Below, one piece after another: positions 13,151 to 26,150 of a DNA stretch of 64,000 nucleotides. The DNA comes from Convolutriloba macropyga (Eukaryota). The first letter of the stretch is position 1; each line of letters opens with the position of its first letter. The notes beneath the pieces were generated by a model. The model did not search any database, was not told where the DNA came from, and was given only the letters and a program-made list of their open reading frames with translations. The position numbers and the translations under genes were made by a program. The stretch covers positions 36,642,001 to 36,706,000 of the forward strand of contig NC_134472.1 in assembly GCF_964194025.1 (NCBI RefSeq), in the 5' to 3' direction.

Positions 13151-13346
13151 TGACTAGCAAAGATTATACACAAACCAAAAAAAGCATAAGGAAATTTTGA
13201 CTTACTAAATGTTATCTTTTTTTATTTTTTCTTATTTGAAACAAAAAGCAAGAAAATAGACGAAAATCATCATTTCTTAAAATACTGCTATTTTAATTTA
13301 GTTGGATTTTGGAACAAATTTCTGAATTACTTAGTCACCATTATAG

Positions 13347-13481
13347 GTCTTTTTCGTGACTGGATTTGTAATCATCACTTTCTCACATGCACTTTGGAGT
13401 CTGTTCTGTGGAGTGATTGTCATTGGCATCGCAATCAGCCTGTTCGAGCTAACAATACCACCGCTAGCCAGTACTTACAAG
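13347..13481 (+). CDS. CLN3: CLN3/battenin-like protein, exon 3
   Basis: TTATAG acceptor. GFVIITFSHALWSLFCGVIVIGIAISLFELT matches CLN3 [31 protein letters not shown]; 135 nt, phase 0/0. Confidence 0.85.
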
Positions 13482-14040
13482 GTCTGTTATTCATGCTCTA
13501 AACATCCTCTAATTCACGCTTCAACAGAAAGTATTTTGAGAACAAGTACAGACCCATTCCAATTTTGCTTTCCTAAGAAAAAGATCAAGTGTATAAAAAA
13601 GAAGGGTAAATAAGGTAAGATTAAAATGCCAAGAATGTACGTAACAAGAAGGTAAGTTACAGATCCGTTTCCGAGAACGTGCACTGAAAGCCTTCATTTC
13701 TGTTAACAAAATACAAAATTCCGAATTAAAAAAAATCAGTTAAAATCATTTCAAATAGGAGTCATATCACGCTTTTGGTCAAAATTGGAGGCAGCTCTCG
13801 CATACAGGTCCTATATGCTATCAAGTTCCATTTAAGAAATTTGACCCACATGTTTGCGTTTTTCTCGCCCATCAAGTGAGACATTAATTCGATATGCTTA
13901 TGCAAGAATCCCTACACATTGGGTGGTGTATTCATCACAAAACTTTTACATAAAAATAGAAAACAGTTAGTGAAACAAATGTTCAGATTTGACCACATAA
14001 TGGATAGAGAAAGCTTATCGGCGCAAACTTGCTTATTTAG

Positions 14041-14176
14041 GTGCAGGCCACCAATGCATTGGCCGCAGGAGCTGGTATGGCCCAGACATTAGGTTCCACT
14101 ATCTACGTCTCAATGAAAGCCATCGCCGTCTCAACAGAGGAACCATTTTACCCGTTCATAATTGTTAACATCACAG
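14041..14176 (+). CDS. CLN3: CLN3/battenin-like protein, exon 4
   Basis: TTATTTAG acceptor. ALAAGAGMAQTLGSTIYV corresponds to CLN3 WWSSGTGGAGLLGALSYL; donor G|GTTCGC, phase 1. Confidence 0.8.
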
Positions 14177-14727
14177 GTTCGCAAGTTGCCACTTGTGCGA
14201 ATTGGAAATAAGCTTTATACAACTCTCGTTGGCATAACAGTTGAAGAACTTACAATGAAATAACTTGCTAGCGCCCGATGTGAAGAAGTAGCGAAGTTCT
14301 GCTTTCCAATTAGACTATCCTTTTCCGTCACTATTTACCTGCCACTAATAACGATAATCTAAGCAATCAATTGCAGTGTGGCATAAGTTATGCAAATATA
14401 ATAGCAGCGAGAGTTGATTTAAAACATTGCCACATGGTTGTTATCGCCCTATCGAAGTTTTTCAACAACTCGTCTTCGCCTTGGAGTTTGATAACGTCTC
14501 GATGACGATAACAACTGTAAGGAAATATTCAATAAGTAAGCTCAAAACTGATAACTCCATATTTTCAATTACTATCCTCAGCTAAGAAAGTTTTCCACAA
14601 ACACGCTAATGCACATAAGCTTGAGATTATAAAAAAAAGTTGCTCATATTTTCTTTCTCTGTCGTTCTTCAATCTATGTTCTCGGCTTCTCTTATGTCTG
14701 TAATTTCTTTGCTTTTCGGAATTTCAG

Positions 14728-15007
14728 GTCTACTAGTATTTCTGCTACTTGTTACTCCTCCATCAACAGAGAAAGAGGACAGAAAAATCAATGAACTGTG
14801 GTCAACAGAGCAGGAACTAGAAATCATTCCACTAATTGTAGGCAGTGGATCAGGATTAGCCTCCTCAGCGAATGAAAAACAAAAGTTGGACTCGAAACTC
14901 ATTGAAACAGACAAATTGATGAACGATCAGTCATTGGGGTGTCGCAGAAAATTTTGCTCGATTTGTCACAAAGAACAGAGACTTAAAAGTGGATCCTTTT
15001 CCAGCTA
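14728..15007 (+). CDS. CLN3: CLN3/battenin-like protein, exon 5 (TM end plus cytosolic loop with ExxxLI sorting motif)
   Basis: TTTCAG acceptor. GLLVFLLLVTPP matches ALLLASYFLLLTSP, followed by EIIPLI dileucine-type motif. Donor TA|GTGAGA, phase 2 fits exon 6. Confidence 0.8.
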
Positions 15008-18000
15008 GTGAGATTTTACGCCCAATGCAAATAGTCAACTTTAAGGGAGAATTCATTTTTAGTTGCTCTCGAACGAAGTTTGCAGCAATGATTTATTGTT
15101 AACGCATTGGTTTTTTACCCAAATTTTTGACCGTTTTGACTTTTACGCCCTTGACTATTCATTTTGCGTGTCTCTAAATGTCTCTCTCATTAACAAGCGT
15201 CAACAGCTGAACTAAGTGGCGGCAGTTCACTACTAAATGTCAAATGAAAAGTGCGCCAAAATTTTTTACTTTAAACTATTACTGGTTATAGTGGTATAAA
15301 ATACCCTCTAATGATGTCATTTGAAGCAACCCTTAGTCAAATTAGCTACTCCCCTAGCCATGACTGAAGAAGGCTGCAGATAGATTCGAGCTCCCACTAG
15401 TCCTACGAGAGCAATTCTTCCGACATTAGTCAGTTATGTTTATAGCTACGAAGCTGTAAGCCGAGCGTAGCTATATTGCAGTGTCCTTGTTTTTAACTAC
15501 TCAAAGATTATTGGTTTTCTTGTAGTTTTTCTACCTGATGTGCTATTTATTAAGGTGACGTTTTGACATCACGCAAAACTAGTAAAATTGCCGAGTGAAA
15601 AAGTTTTTGCAGAGCGAGAAAAGTTATTTGTTCATGCGCTGCGTTGAGAAATACTTTTTGACTTTGAAAAGTGTTCTCGCTAGAGTGGCCTACATAGATA
15701 ACCACTATTAGGTTTTTTCCATCATCCTGATTTAAATTGTTTGCGTGTAGTTTTGTTTTTTTTGTACATTGCAACAGCGCTTCGATAATTCATGCTTTAA
15801 AAACGCCTGTTTTTGAATTATTGTTCTTTAAAATACACATGCCTAAACAAGTTTGGCTGTTTCGCACAATTTTATTTTCAGTTGATTATTAGAGTAGGGC
15901 TTTATCTTCACCGTCAAATAGATTTTGGCATTACCAATTTGAAACTTGATGAAAGTTGGAATCGAAAGAGATGTTGCCAGTATTTTTGACCTTTTGGTCA
16001 AAATAATTAAATCTTTCGAATTGTTGAATTGTTTCAAGTTTCAACTGTTTTGTTTTGATATGAGGATGCATATGTACCTGTATTGAGCCAAAAAAAGTTT
16101 TCAAAAAATTAATTGTACTTGTTTTTCTACAATTAAAAAACCTGGTTGTCTTTCAAAATTTTGAATATGCTTTGTTTATAATTCTTTTACAACGTGTCTT
16201 TAAGCTTCACAATCGAGCATATGGAACCCTTTTTGTATTTCACAAATGCCTTTTGACTAGCAATCATACTCGTTTGCTATTTGCTCGATCATTATGAGTT
16301 GTTCAAGCTTCAAGATTGAGGCCATTTTCTTAGATTGTTTTGTTTTTGTTTGCGTTAATTTCATTTCACCAAATGCGGCTCAAAGAATTGGCTACGATTA
16401 CTATTTAAATATTCTTGACTGATATTTTTTGAATGACATAACTGATAAAAACAATGTTCACTGGGCCAGATTTCATAATTAACGTTTTTTTTCTTTTGAG
16501 TTTGAATCTGTTTCCATTTTTTCCACATATAAAATTAAAAGGTGCAAAAAATGATATTCAATTTTGTCAAAAAAAACAAAAAAAAAATTTCTCAAACGTC
16601 CTAAACACTGCAACGCCAATCATTGTTTTTATTTCACTTAGACAAGATTTATTTCCTTTATAACACATTATGGTACTCTTTTCCCGCACTTTTTCTCAAC
16701 GCTTTTTTGGAAGACATTGACAATAAGTCCCATTACTTGTAACATGCCACGTACGAAGGATGAAAATATTTCCAATCAGAGCAAGGTCAAAACTGCACAA
16801 AAATTGCCGACTAACTAACATAATATCAAATTAAAGCTCTAGAATTTTACTACAAGAACTAATTTCAAGAAACATGCTTTTTGGGAACAAAATTGGTAGC
16901 ATGTCATGACAATTTGGCTCAAGTTTCTGCCAAAATTGACAAATTACAAAATCAGAAATTACTATCTTTTTGATGACATCACAGACCAACCATTATGAAA
17001 GCCTTCCTAAAGATGTCTGTGTCTCGAATCAAATACATCAAAGATTTCAAAAGAACAAACTGGCATAATTTTATGTCAATTTTGAGTAATTTTCGACAAA
17101 ACTTTTACCGATCAATTTAAGATTAAACCGAGATAACTAGTGATTTTCCCGTGGGAATTTGGAATTTAAGAACGACCACTATACAGTCTTTCAAACAACG
17201 AATCTGCGTGAAAAAGTTCAATACTAAATTTTACGCCCATTTTTAGCCAATTGCATCAACACTTAGTTATTTACCCATGTTTCAGCTCATTTTGCTATTT
17301 TTTCAGTTTGTGAGATACAAGAACAAAAGCAACATTTTAGATCTCGCATAACTGATTAATTCTTTGTGAAATTTAGAGAAATATAGCAAAAACATGAAGA
17401 CAGCTCCTCGACCTTTGAAGACTATCGGCAGTCATCTGATTTAGATAACTTGGTCCAGGGGCAAAAATGACTGAATATCGACCAAACGTAAATGGTCTTG
17501 CATTAATAACTTCCTTTCGCAACTGAGATTCAAATAAAACTCACATCAAAAATTTTCAGATCATAGAGACTTTCACAGGGATTTTTTCAGTTTGATTATA
17601 TTGTCTTCAATAGCTTCTTTTTTCTTCAAATCTGTTTCTTGTTGAAGAACTGTAAAAAAGAAATCAAAACGATTTGTTATAAGCGACCTCATCTACTCAG
17701 TTGGCTAATATCAAGCTCCTAATTTTTCAATTCATAGATTTTGAATCATGGCTGCGCGTCGTGTGCTAACATCTTGATTTTTTCGGAAGTCATTTGTCAA
17801 TTTTGGAGCGCGAAATTACTGCCATCCAAATAGTTTAGTCACAAAAACGACCTTGGGCGTGAAATGCGACTGTGGAAGTGAGAAGGAAAAAAACTTTTGC
17901 AAGCAATGTTACTTATCTGCGGTATTTCAACTACTGTTTTCGCTATATCTTTTCAAAGTCTCATTTCCTCAAATAATGAAACTTATTTATTTCTGATCCA

Positions 18001-20316
18001 AATTGCACGAATCAGTCAATGAGATCCTAAATTTTTTTGAATTTATAGCCATTTGTCTTGTTAAAATGCGCCCTCTTTATAGTTCCTTTAGAGATTCGTG
18101 TAGATTTAAATAGTGACAGATTCAGTCTGGTTTGAGATAATGAAGCAAAGCCGCATTTATGTGAAAGTTTTATTCAAAAGTCCAAAACTTTTTTTGCAGA
18201 AATTTTATACTCTATCTGCATTTTTTCCGGAGCTGTATTTCTCAGTTCTGTTGTCCTTAGTAGAATTCTCTATTCTTCCCTCTCTATGGTTTTTATTGAT
18301 TTCGACAACCTTTGTTCTGAAAAAATTTTTGTCACAGTTGCTTGATTTTATAAGTCCTCGCCTGCGGTATTTCTGTTTATCTGATTTTGTACTAAATTCC
18401 AGCAGTTTAAAATTTTTAAGTGTTCTCTTTGAATGTCTTGAAATATCATTTGAAACCATCTGTTTCAATGCTCTTGCTAACGGTCAAACAATTTTGATAC
18501 CTGTCTGTTCAGAAATGTTCGAATTCTAATGTTTCTAATTGTCGTTTTCAACAACTAGATGCCATTTAACTTCATAAGCCTCATCAAGTTAGTCCGCTGG
18601 AAAATAAATAGATAACTTGTTTTACTTGTATTTTTCTAAGGCAGTGTTTATTATATCCCTTGTCTTCTTATGTCTCTGGCTTCATGAATTGCACGAATTT
18701 AAACTCTGGAATTCGAACTTGATTTATGTTCCGTCAAACAGAGGTTTCGCTTGACCTGCTTTTTCAATTTGAAAAAATTAAAGCAATTACACTAAAAAAT
18801 TTCCGGGCTTCAAATAAGCTGTGGTGATAGGACTCTGAACCTAATGCCGGGAAAAGTAAAAAAAATTACAGCCAATCTTTTTCGATATTGTTTGCGTTTG
18901 TTTATGATCATGTAGTTGAAGAAAGCACATCATTTTTTTCCATTAAATTTTTTTACAATTCAAAGAATTTGAATTGTATTGGGGCGCTGTCTTTTTTTTT
19001 AAGATCTGTTCACACATTTTCATGATTTTTGAAGTCAAATTGGAGTCGTGATTTTGGTCACGCCGAAACAGGAAATGGAGCAAAAAAGCGAGTGGTTTTG
19101 CGGCGTGATTTTTTTTCGCTCTAATTTTAAAGTAGAGTGCGAAAATGGTGTTTGAACAAAAATTCGCTTTATCGGTAGTGATTTTTTGTTCACATGCGGC
19201 AATTTCACTGATTTTTACTGTTTTTTCGATTTTTTGGATAGGATTTTTTTCTAAATGATTTTTCCAATCCATTCATAGTCCGTTCTAGGTCTAGTTTTCT
19301 GTTTAGTCAATGAAAATTCTTTGAATTGTACGTCAGGACTTGTCCTGCTATGTTTTATATTTCAGATGCGAAAATTGCACTAGCTTTCGGCCAATACGTA
19401 CTGACTGCGGAAAACACAGATTATCAGACGTTTACCGTTAAATTTACCATTTGCCCTCAGTTCATGTGCCCATATTCACTTTGTCGTTACTTCAAAAGTT
19501 TGTAGAGTGTGCTTCTTTGGAAGGCGAAGTCTGATTAACAAGACTTCGCCATCACTGGGGCGGCTTTTATATAGGACGTATTTTCTGTTATCTTAATTCG
19601 GTTTAGATCAAATCAGCCAAGCAGTCCGGCGTATTGTTTTGTCAATACTTTCAACGCTGTCTCAGGACCTTATCATTTTGCCTTCTATATTCTACTATGT
19701 CATTCGTTCTAAATGTAATTAAACAGGCGGGCGGGGAATTTTTGAACAATGTTTTTGCACGGATTAAATTTGTAAAGCCTCATTCGCTAGTGTTTTTGAC
19801 CAACAATCAACCTGCTGCGCAGAACACTTAGCATTAAATAGTTAACTTTGAACTGGGAGTCATTACAGAACACTCAAAATATTAAAGTTTTCAATGTCTA
19901 TTAAAAGTTATAAACAGAGACAGGATGACCTGATGACGCAAATCTAAACAGACAAAAAATGTTTACAAAAATATTTTGACTGAACTGTTTTATGACGGTG
20001 TTATAGCCACACACGTTTGTCAACAATTTTCAACAAATTAGTCTCAAAGATAGAATTCAGTCGCAAATAAATTCATTCGTGATGAGAGGTTACTGAGGCA
20101 TTTTGGTTCCTCTGAAAAATCCAATGTAATCTTTTTTCCTTCCTTTTTGGAACTTGCGGTATAGAACAGTTTCCTTATTCATTTATTGCTAAAGTTTCTG
20201 AAATTCTGAAATATCCTTTCAAATATGAAAAATGATGCAATGTATGCTTTCAAAAACCAAGGAGGAAACATTCTGCACCATGCATAGAATCAAACGTGTT
20301 CCTGTTTCCATTATAG

Positions 20317-20475
20317 CTTCTCAATGTCGGAAGATTGGTGTGAGGCAGCGGCCAACCTACGAGACATATTCGTGTACTTGAGCCTTTTCTACTTCCTCGA
20401 GTACTACACTAACTTGGGAATCCTCGAACATGCTACTGTGAGATCTTCGACACTCAGAACATCCGAACAGTACAG
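20317..20475 (+). CDS. CLN3: CLN3/battenin-like protein, exon 6
   Basis: LFYFLEYYTNLGILEH...SEQYR matches CLN3 VVYFAEYFINQGLFEL...AQQYR. TTATAG acceptor, AG|GTACC donor. Confidence 0.9.
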
Positions 20476-21180
20476 GTACCTCAAATTTCAAAAACACTAG
20501 CTCCCTTAAGGAACAGTACCGGCTATATTATCGCATCAGATCACAATTTAAACTTATTCTATTGGTGTACCAACTCTTCCGTTGATGTAGATAATTACTT
20601 TTAAACTGAGTTGCTTGAGGATCTCGAAATTTGAACTAGATTATCGAAATTAAAATAAATCCTATTTTTCAAACCTGTACATGCTTCTCAAATTGAACAA
20701 ATTTAAGGTCAGAAAATAGCAAACGAATGCCGTAGTTGAGGAGTAGACAAGATCAGGGAACAAAAAGGCTAGCAAAAGTCGGTGTTAACGAAAAATGTTT
20801 GCACATCAGTACGTGAAAACACACAATTTGCCAAACCATACGTTCATTGTAAAATTGATCGCATTCAAAAAAATTTAAAACAGACTTAGGCTACAAAAAA
20901 ATTATTAGGTTTTAAACAAAGTCTATAGTTTCACTTTCATTCCTAATTGCGTGGTTTCCTTTTAATGAAAAAACCATGCTGGAGTACACAAAAACCAAGG
21001 TCAACTGAAACATCATAACAATATAATAGAATTTTTTGTTCAGACATTTTATAGATCTTTACAAGATACAGCTTATACTTCTTCAACTTTTACTTTCATT
21101 GAGCCCGATAAACTAGACAAAAATATGCCAAAAATACATAAGAACTCATTTAATGAACAGTTTTAGACTGGCTGAACACA

Positions 21181-21856
21181 ATCGTCGGGCGAATTGCTCT
21201 CCAATGACCCACGAGCCGTTGGCTCTGGTAGATGGTCGCTTGGTCTAAGGAATCTAGCATTAGAGGGGTGAGCGGAGTGGGGGTCTCAGACGGAGGGGTC
21301 AAGGGCTGGGAGATAAGCTTGGGTGAGCCGGACCACCATAGGTGGTCTAAATTTCCAGGTGGAGTAGGGTGGACGGGGGAATGGCAGTGGGGTGTGACTG
21401 AGGGGCTAAAATCTTAAGATGAATTTATGTCTCCATGAATTCATGATAAACAGGTAGCGCTCGGAGGACATTGAGTTCCCTTAGAGCCCTAAGCTATACT
21501 ATACTCTAAGAATGCGATTCACCAAAACTTTCAACTTTCGAGGAGACAATTTAATGGTTTGAAGGGCGGTTTTTACTCATAAAAGTTTGACCCGCTTAGT
21601 CACCCCCCCCCACACTTCTCAACACTCCTTTTGCCACCCTCCTCTACCTGTGGATTTGAACCCGCTTTCATTTAGCCTTTCCAACACAACCCACCATCGC
21701 CCACCCCCCCCCCCCCCCTCCCCAAACACACACACACAAACGCACTCCAGTCACCCCCTAAAGCTAGCATACTCCTTCCCGGTCGTTTGAGTGCAATTCC
21801 CCCGACGTTAGTCGGTTATGTTATAATTGTTACAAGCCTTCGTTTCAGAGCAATTA
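21181..21856. mobile_element. Family A related foldback repeat in CLN3-like intron 6
   Basis: CGTCGGGCGAATTGCTCTCCAATGACC (~21183) is inverted to GGTCGTTTGAGTGCAATTCCCCCGACG (~21781). G-rich left arm, C-rich right arm, family A end motif at ~21835. Confidence 0.6.
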
Positions 21857-22270
21857 TCCAACAATAATCTCAAAAATCAAAAACAAAAAACAAATTAGGA
21901 CTCATCAAAACCTATCAAAAATTGTACAATAGAAGTTCTCATTTCTTTCTTTGTCAATGCAGATTTTCTATGTGATCAATGCATTGTCCAACACTTTTCC
22001 TGACAATTGTTCAACCGCCCGAATTTTTTTGGTCGCAGTAACTTTTGAAACAAAAAAATCTCTAAAAATGCTTGGTAAATGAACCCGATAAGAATGTTGA
22101 GATTTTATAGGCAGAAATTCTGTTTTCAATAACACCACAAATATTGGCATGGAATGTCGTTAGAGAAATAAGACATTCCTCTTTGCATAAGTGCGTCTGG
22201 TATAGAGTTCTCACATATTCTAAATATTAGACCAATGAAACAGTTGAAAAGAAGCTTCTGTATGTTCAAG

Positions 22271-22709
22271 GTGGCTGATGTTCTCCTACCACTTGACTCA
22301 GACCATAGTCCGCTCAATACCTCTACCAAATTTTATGGAGCAGCTACTGGGGCCAATCACAATTGCGCAAGCTATTGTCACAGCGGTGCTGTTCTCTCAA
22401 TCTGTGTTCGACTACATGATACATTTTGAGATACTAGTAACATTTATTGTCGTGGAAGGCTGCCTCGGGTCCGTAGCGTATATGATTGGACTTCGATATG
22501 CCAGGAGCTGTTCTGAAAAAGAGGGAGTGAAAAAAGCTGCAACTATATTAGTTCTAGCAGCAGATATTCTAGCTCTAGGACTTGGATCACTTGCTGCTGT
22601 ATCGTCTCATGAAATTTTATGCAGACAAAGAATGGGAATACATTTGAACTCCATTCGCAATCAGTTCAACACTAAAACTCATAACATAAGCAGAACTCTA
22701 ATAAGCTGA
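22271..22709 (+). CDS. CLN3: CLN3/battenin-like protein, last exon (joined CDS 1470 nt, 489 aa)
   Basis: RWLMFSY..VRS..VVEGCLGSVAY..AADILALGLGSLAAVSSHEILC matches CLN3 [49 protein letters not shown] at 22779. Confidence 0.92.
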
Positions 22710-22880
22710 ACTCATTATGCCACTCGACAACTTTGTTTTATAAGCGACATGCATTTATACGGTTTTTCGATAGGCAAAAATAAAAGAGAAAAACTGAGAA
22801 TTAGAAATATTCTGAATAATTTTAGAGACAATTATTGCATTGCATCTCCTTAAAAAGCATAAGTTCTCACAATTAAGCAA

Positions 22881-23450
22881 TTAGGCATTTTCAATCCGTT
22901 CTTTTTTCGTGCGTATTTTATGGTATCCAGAGGAATACCATGTTAAGTAATCTCTGCTCCACAGTTCATCTCTCCTTCCAAATCGAAATGTATTTTTCAG
23001 ATCAGACGAGCAACGCAATTGTCCTGGCATTTTACAAACACAATCAAACTGACTCTGATCCGTTCCTATTAGAGCCCGATTTTTGCTATAATTTTTTATT
23101 GAATTACGCGAGGTCCCAAAAAGGTTTTTAAGATGCGTCCATATCTCACTTGAACTCTTGCCAAACAAGTCTATCAGCATTTCATGATTATTCTTGAGGA
23201 ACACTTGCAGGAATGGTGTCGGCGTCATATCTTCATACGCCATAAATTGAATTCCTGGGTTACGATGTTGCAGTTGTGGAAGACGGTATTTAACAAAACG
23301 TTTTGCACCCTCTGTTTCTTCAGTAGTTCCCTGCTTGAGGTAATTAAATGCCATGATTTCAACACCTTTATGAAGAAAAATGTCACCTTTGTCCAGGTAC
23401 TTCAGCGTGCCAATAATTGGCGAGGGTCCAATCCATTTTTTGCCAGCCAT
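22881..23450 (-). CDS. MRPS25: Mitochondrial ribosomal protein S25 (mS25)
   Basis: GPSPIIGTLKYL..EGAKRFVKYRLPQLQHRNPGIQF..MTPTPFLQVFL..CVCKMPGQLRC matches the mS25 pattern (GRFPIRRTLQYL..EGARKFVFFNIPQIQYKNP..MTPSPFLRFYL..CICEVEGQVPC). Acceptor TTTTCAG just upstream of the ATG suggests a short 5' UTR intron. Confidence 0.93.
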   Translation of the reverse strand: MAGKKWIGPSPIIGTLKYLDKGDIFLHKGVEIMAFNYLKQGTTEETEGAKRFVKYRLPQLQHRNPGIQFMAYEDMTPTPFLQVFLKNNHEMLIDLFGKSSSEIWTHLKNLFGTSRNSIKNYSKNRALIGTDQSQFDCVCKMPGQLRCSSDLKNTFRFGRRDELWSRDYLTWYSSGYHKIRTKKERIENA

Positions 23451-23619
23451 GATCTGAAAATCAAAGCGATCTGACAGAAATCGCTATGGTCGAAAACAGG
23501 TTAAGGTGCTTTAAAAACAAAATGAGAAATTACCGGAGCAAATAAGCTCGGGGGACTAAACATTTTTTGCCAAAAAATTGGGACTAAAAATTGAATGATA
23601 AGAAAATGGAAATTTATGA

Positions 23620-24330
23620 ATGAAAGCCTGAATGAAAACAATGCCTGCTCTTGGACAATAAATTGCGACTGCTCAAGCTACAAGAACTCGACAGCTATCT
23701 AAAACTTACGAGAGGCTTCACCTCAGCACCTGCTACAAAGCCGATAAACACAACAAATATTGGCAATATGAATTTTCACGTCAAAGGGACGAATATGAAG
23801 AACTTGAAAAACAGAAGTACCTTTACTCAGCTACTCAAAAATTTGCAATAAGTTTATGAATACATTTTATCAATACAATTTATCAGAGAGTCAGAAGGGG
23901 ATCACAACCGGCACGATTTCATGGCCAAGCAAACTGCAATCTTCTCAGACCCGTGCTCTCAAGCCCCGGAACTAGTTGACAACCCGAAAACGTTTTTATC
24001 CACTTTTTCAGAAGTTACCAGGTGCAAACATTGAAATAAACACCGATGATGACAGAAACACAGAGGAATACATTTCTTTAGAAAAGGATGAGCCAATGAT
24101 GTCTAATAACGCGAAAAGCCCCACACCAATGCAGCAGAAGGGGAGTTAATCGAAATCGCTCTGAAAGATGTATGTATATTCGGTCCATGATGTCTCGGAA
24201 ACTCCGCATGAAACTTGCCATAACGACTGTTCACTTAAACTGTGTAAAGAGTGGTACACGCAATAGGACGGCTTGGAAATTGTTGCTCCAGCAAGCGACG
24301 TGTCGCCTTCAGAGGTTAATGCTTATCGCA
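23620..24330 (+). mobile_element. Heavily decayed Penelope-like retroelement RT fragment
   Basis: GSQPARFHG and LRPVLSSPGT (Penelope-type GSxPARLYGLxKVHK..LRPIVS), plus a degenerate SxDxKSLYTN-like stretch near 24100. Confidence 0.65.
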
Positions 24331-24599
24331 AATTACGAAAAAAAAACTGGTTCTATGACTAGGGAAAAACTAATGCAGAATATGCAAAAAAAAAGTCAAT
24401 TAAGAGAAGGCCCCTCCTCTAAAAGGGTAGTCGGTCAACTGGGGTGCAGCAAGTCAACTCCAACGTGTATTTATAAATCCTGACAGTAGTCAAAAATTGA
24501 AGCATCAGATGAAAAAGATAAAGAAACTAAAGCATCAGAATTATAATCAAAACAGATATGGTAAATAGCATTTAAAGTATAATGTGTAGTGATTTTGAA

Positions 24600-26150
24600 T
24601 CAAGATTAGAAGAAATATAAAGCATTTAGCACAACAGCCTCCTTTCCTCCAAAAAAAGTTCCTATTGAAGCTACTACTGCAGGGCGCCGGCGCATGGAGC
24701 GCGCGCCACGGAGGCAGAGTATGGAGCTACGCAAAAAAGATTTTGTCCTTATGTACATGATCACGTCGGAATATTAATCTTCTTTCTTATCGCTGATCCT
24801 GCAAGCCAATCTCTGTATGGCTCTTGATGCTGACGGAAAGGCTCCTCCTGTACACGAAAAGATTAAGGGACAGAAAGTGGCTTTCTCGACTTCGATTATC
24901 CTTTGCTCATATTTCAGCCTCTTGATGGATAATTGTAGGAATCTGGTATGCTTCTTGGGCAACTCGCATACGGATTTAACACTTTGACATCAAAGAACGT
25001 TCTGCTGAAACGTGAATCGAAGAAAACATTAGCTTTAATGTCTAGTCGAGCGTCGTCATCAATAGTGGTAGTTATATTTGCGAAGGTTTCTCCTTGCAAA
25101 GTCTAAAGACAGGCCTCTACTTCGACATCATCGCAGACCTCATTGAGCAGGTTGGCAAAAGAGTCACGGATTTCATGGTGTCTTATGTCCGTAAATCCAC
25201 CTTTTGGATAATGAAGAGCATGTGCTACATTAAGGTTTTCTCCACATGCGCATCTTGATGGCAATTTTACGGGATTCCATCCATATCTAAGAGCAATTCC
25301 ATCGCTAAACTCTCCCTTGGTTAAATCGAAATGATATCTTTCGATGGAAGTGCGTTTAGCCACCATGATGCTCATTTCTTTTATAGCCCATTTTAGAGAA
25401 CACGCCTCTTTATCATTGATGAGATCTTTGATTGCCAACTTTTTGGCTCGAGCTTGTTCCTGTTTTTCTTTTCTGATTCTCTGAAGGATTTTTTCCTGAT
25501 GAAACTCTTGCGTCAGCGTTATCATTCTGTAACGGCTCACAAATCCGAATAGATCTTTCATATTCGTTCGCCCTGTCTTTAGGAAGAAGAATGCTTAGTC
25601 CACCCTCTTTAAGCGGGAGAGAAAACCTTCCAGCATCTGTCATTGTAAGAGGGATGATTCAACATTGAAAGTATAAAATTTTTATCAATTATTTTTGTGG
25701 CATCCCTCAGCAGACTGTCCGAGTGGAGTAGTCCTAGCTGATGGGACACCTTACTATGTTTGGCGAGCTTCTCTAGCATGTTGGAGTAGTTCACTGACTT
25801 TTCTTTCAGAAAACCGTTGCAGCTTTTATCAGAACCAATAACCGAACCCAGAACTCGATGACCTTCAATAACATCAACATCTAATCCCGAAAGAACTTTG
25901 TTCGCCTTCTGAACAAACTCAAGTTTTGTAATGAGATGACATTTGTTCATATTATAACCGAATGCACCGCCATGTTCGTAGAGCTTATCTAGCACGATTC
26001 GCAGTGATTCAAGGCTACCGGCCACATTACCGTCATCTGCGCACCATTTATGAGTCAAATTTTGATCTTCGAGCTTGTCAATGAGAGGTAGTGTAGCCAC
26101 TCCGTACATTATCATGGCTATTGGATCGCCTTGTGTAATAGAATACACAA
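24600..26150 (-). mobile_element. 5'-truncated, decayed non-LTR retrotransposon with restriction-like endonuclease (CRE-like clade)
   Basis: RT motifs TQGDPIAM, WCADDG, HRVLGSVIG, LPLKEGGL. Zinc motif CACG..HAL..GG...RHHEIRD. RLE motifs ARLDI..FFDVKV..KRLKY..FCPLIFSCTGG. Confidence 0.88.

Noticed and set aside
14181-14186. Possible GC-AG donor (TC|GCAAGT) joining exon 4 directly to exon 6
   Set aside because: The GT donor at 14177 plus exon 5 restores the missing CLN3 TM and loop with correct phases.
14669-14914. Minus-strand 81-aa ORF suggesting a nested gene
   Set aside because: It is the antisense of CLN3-like exon 5.
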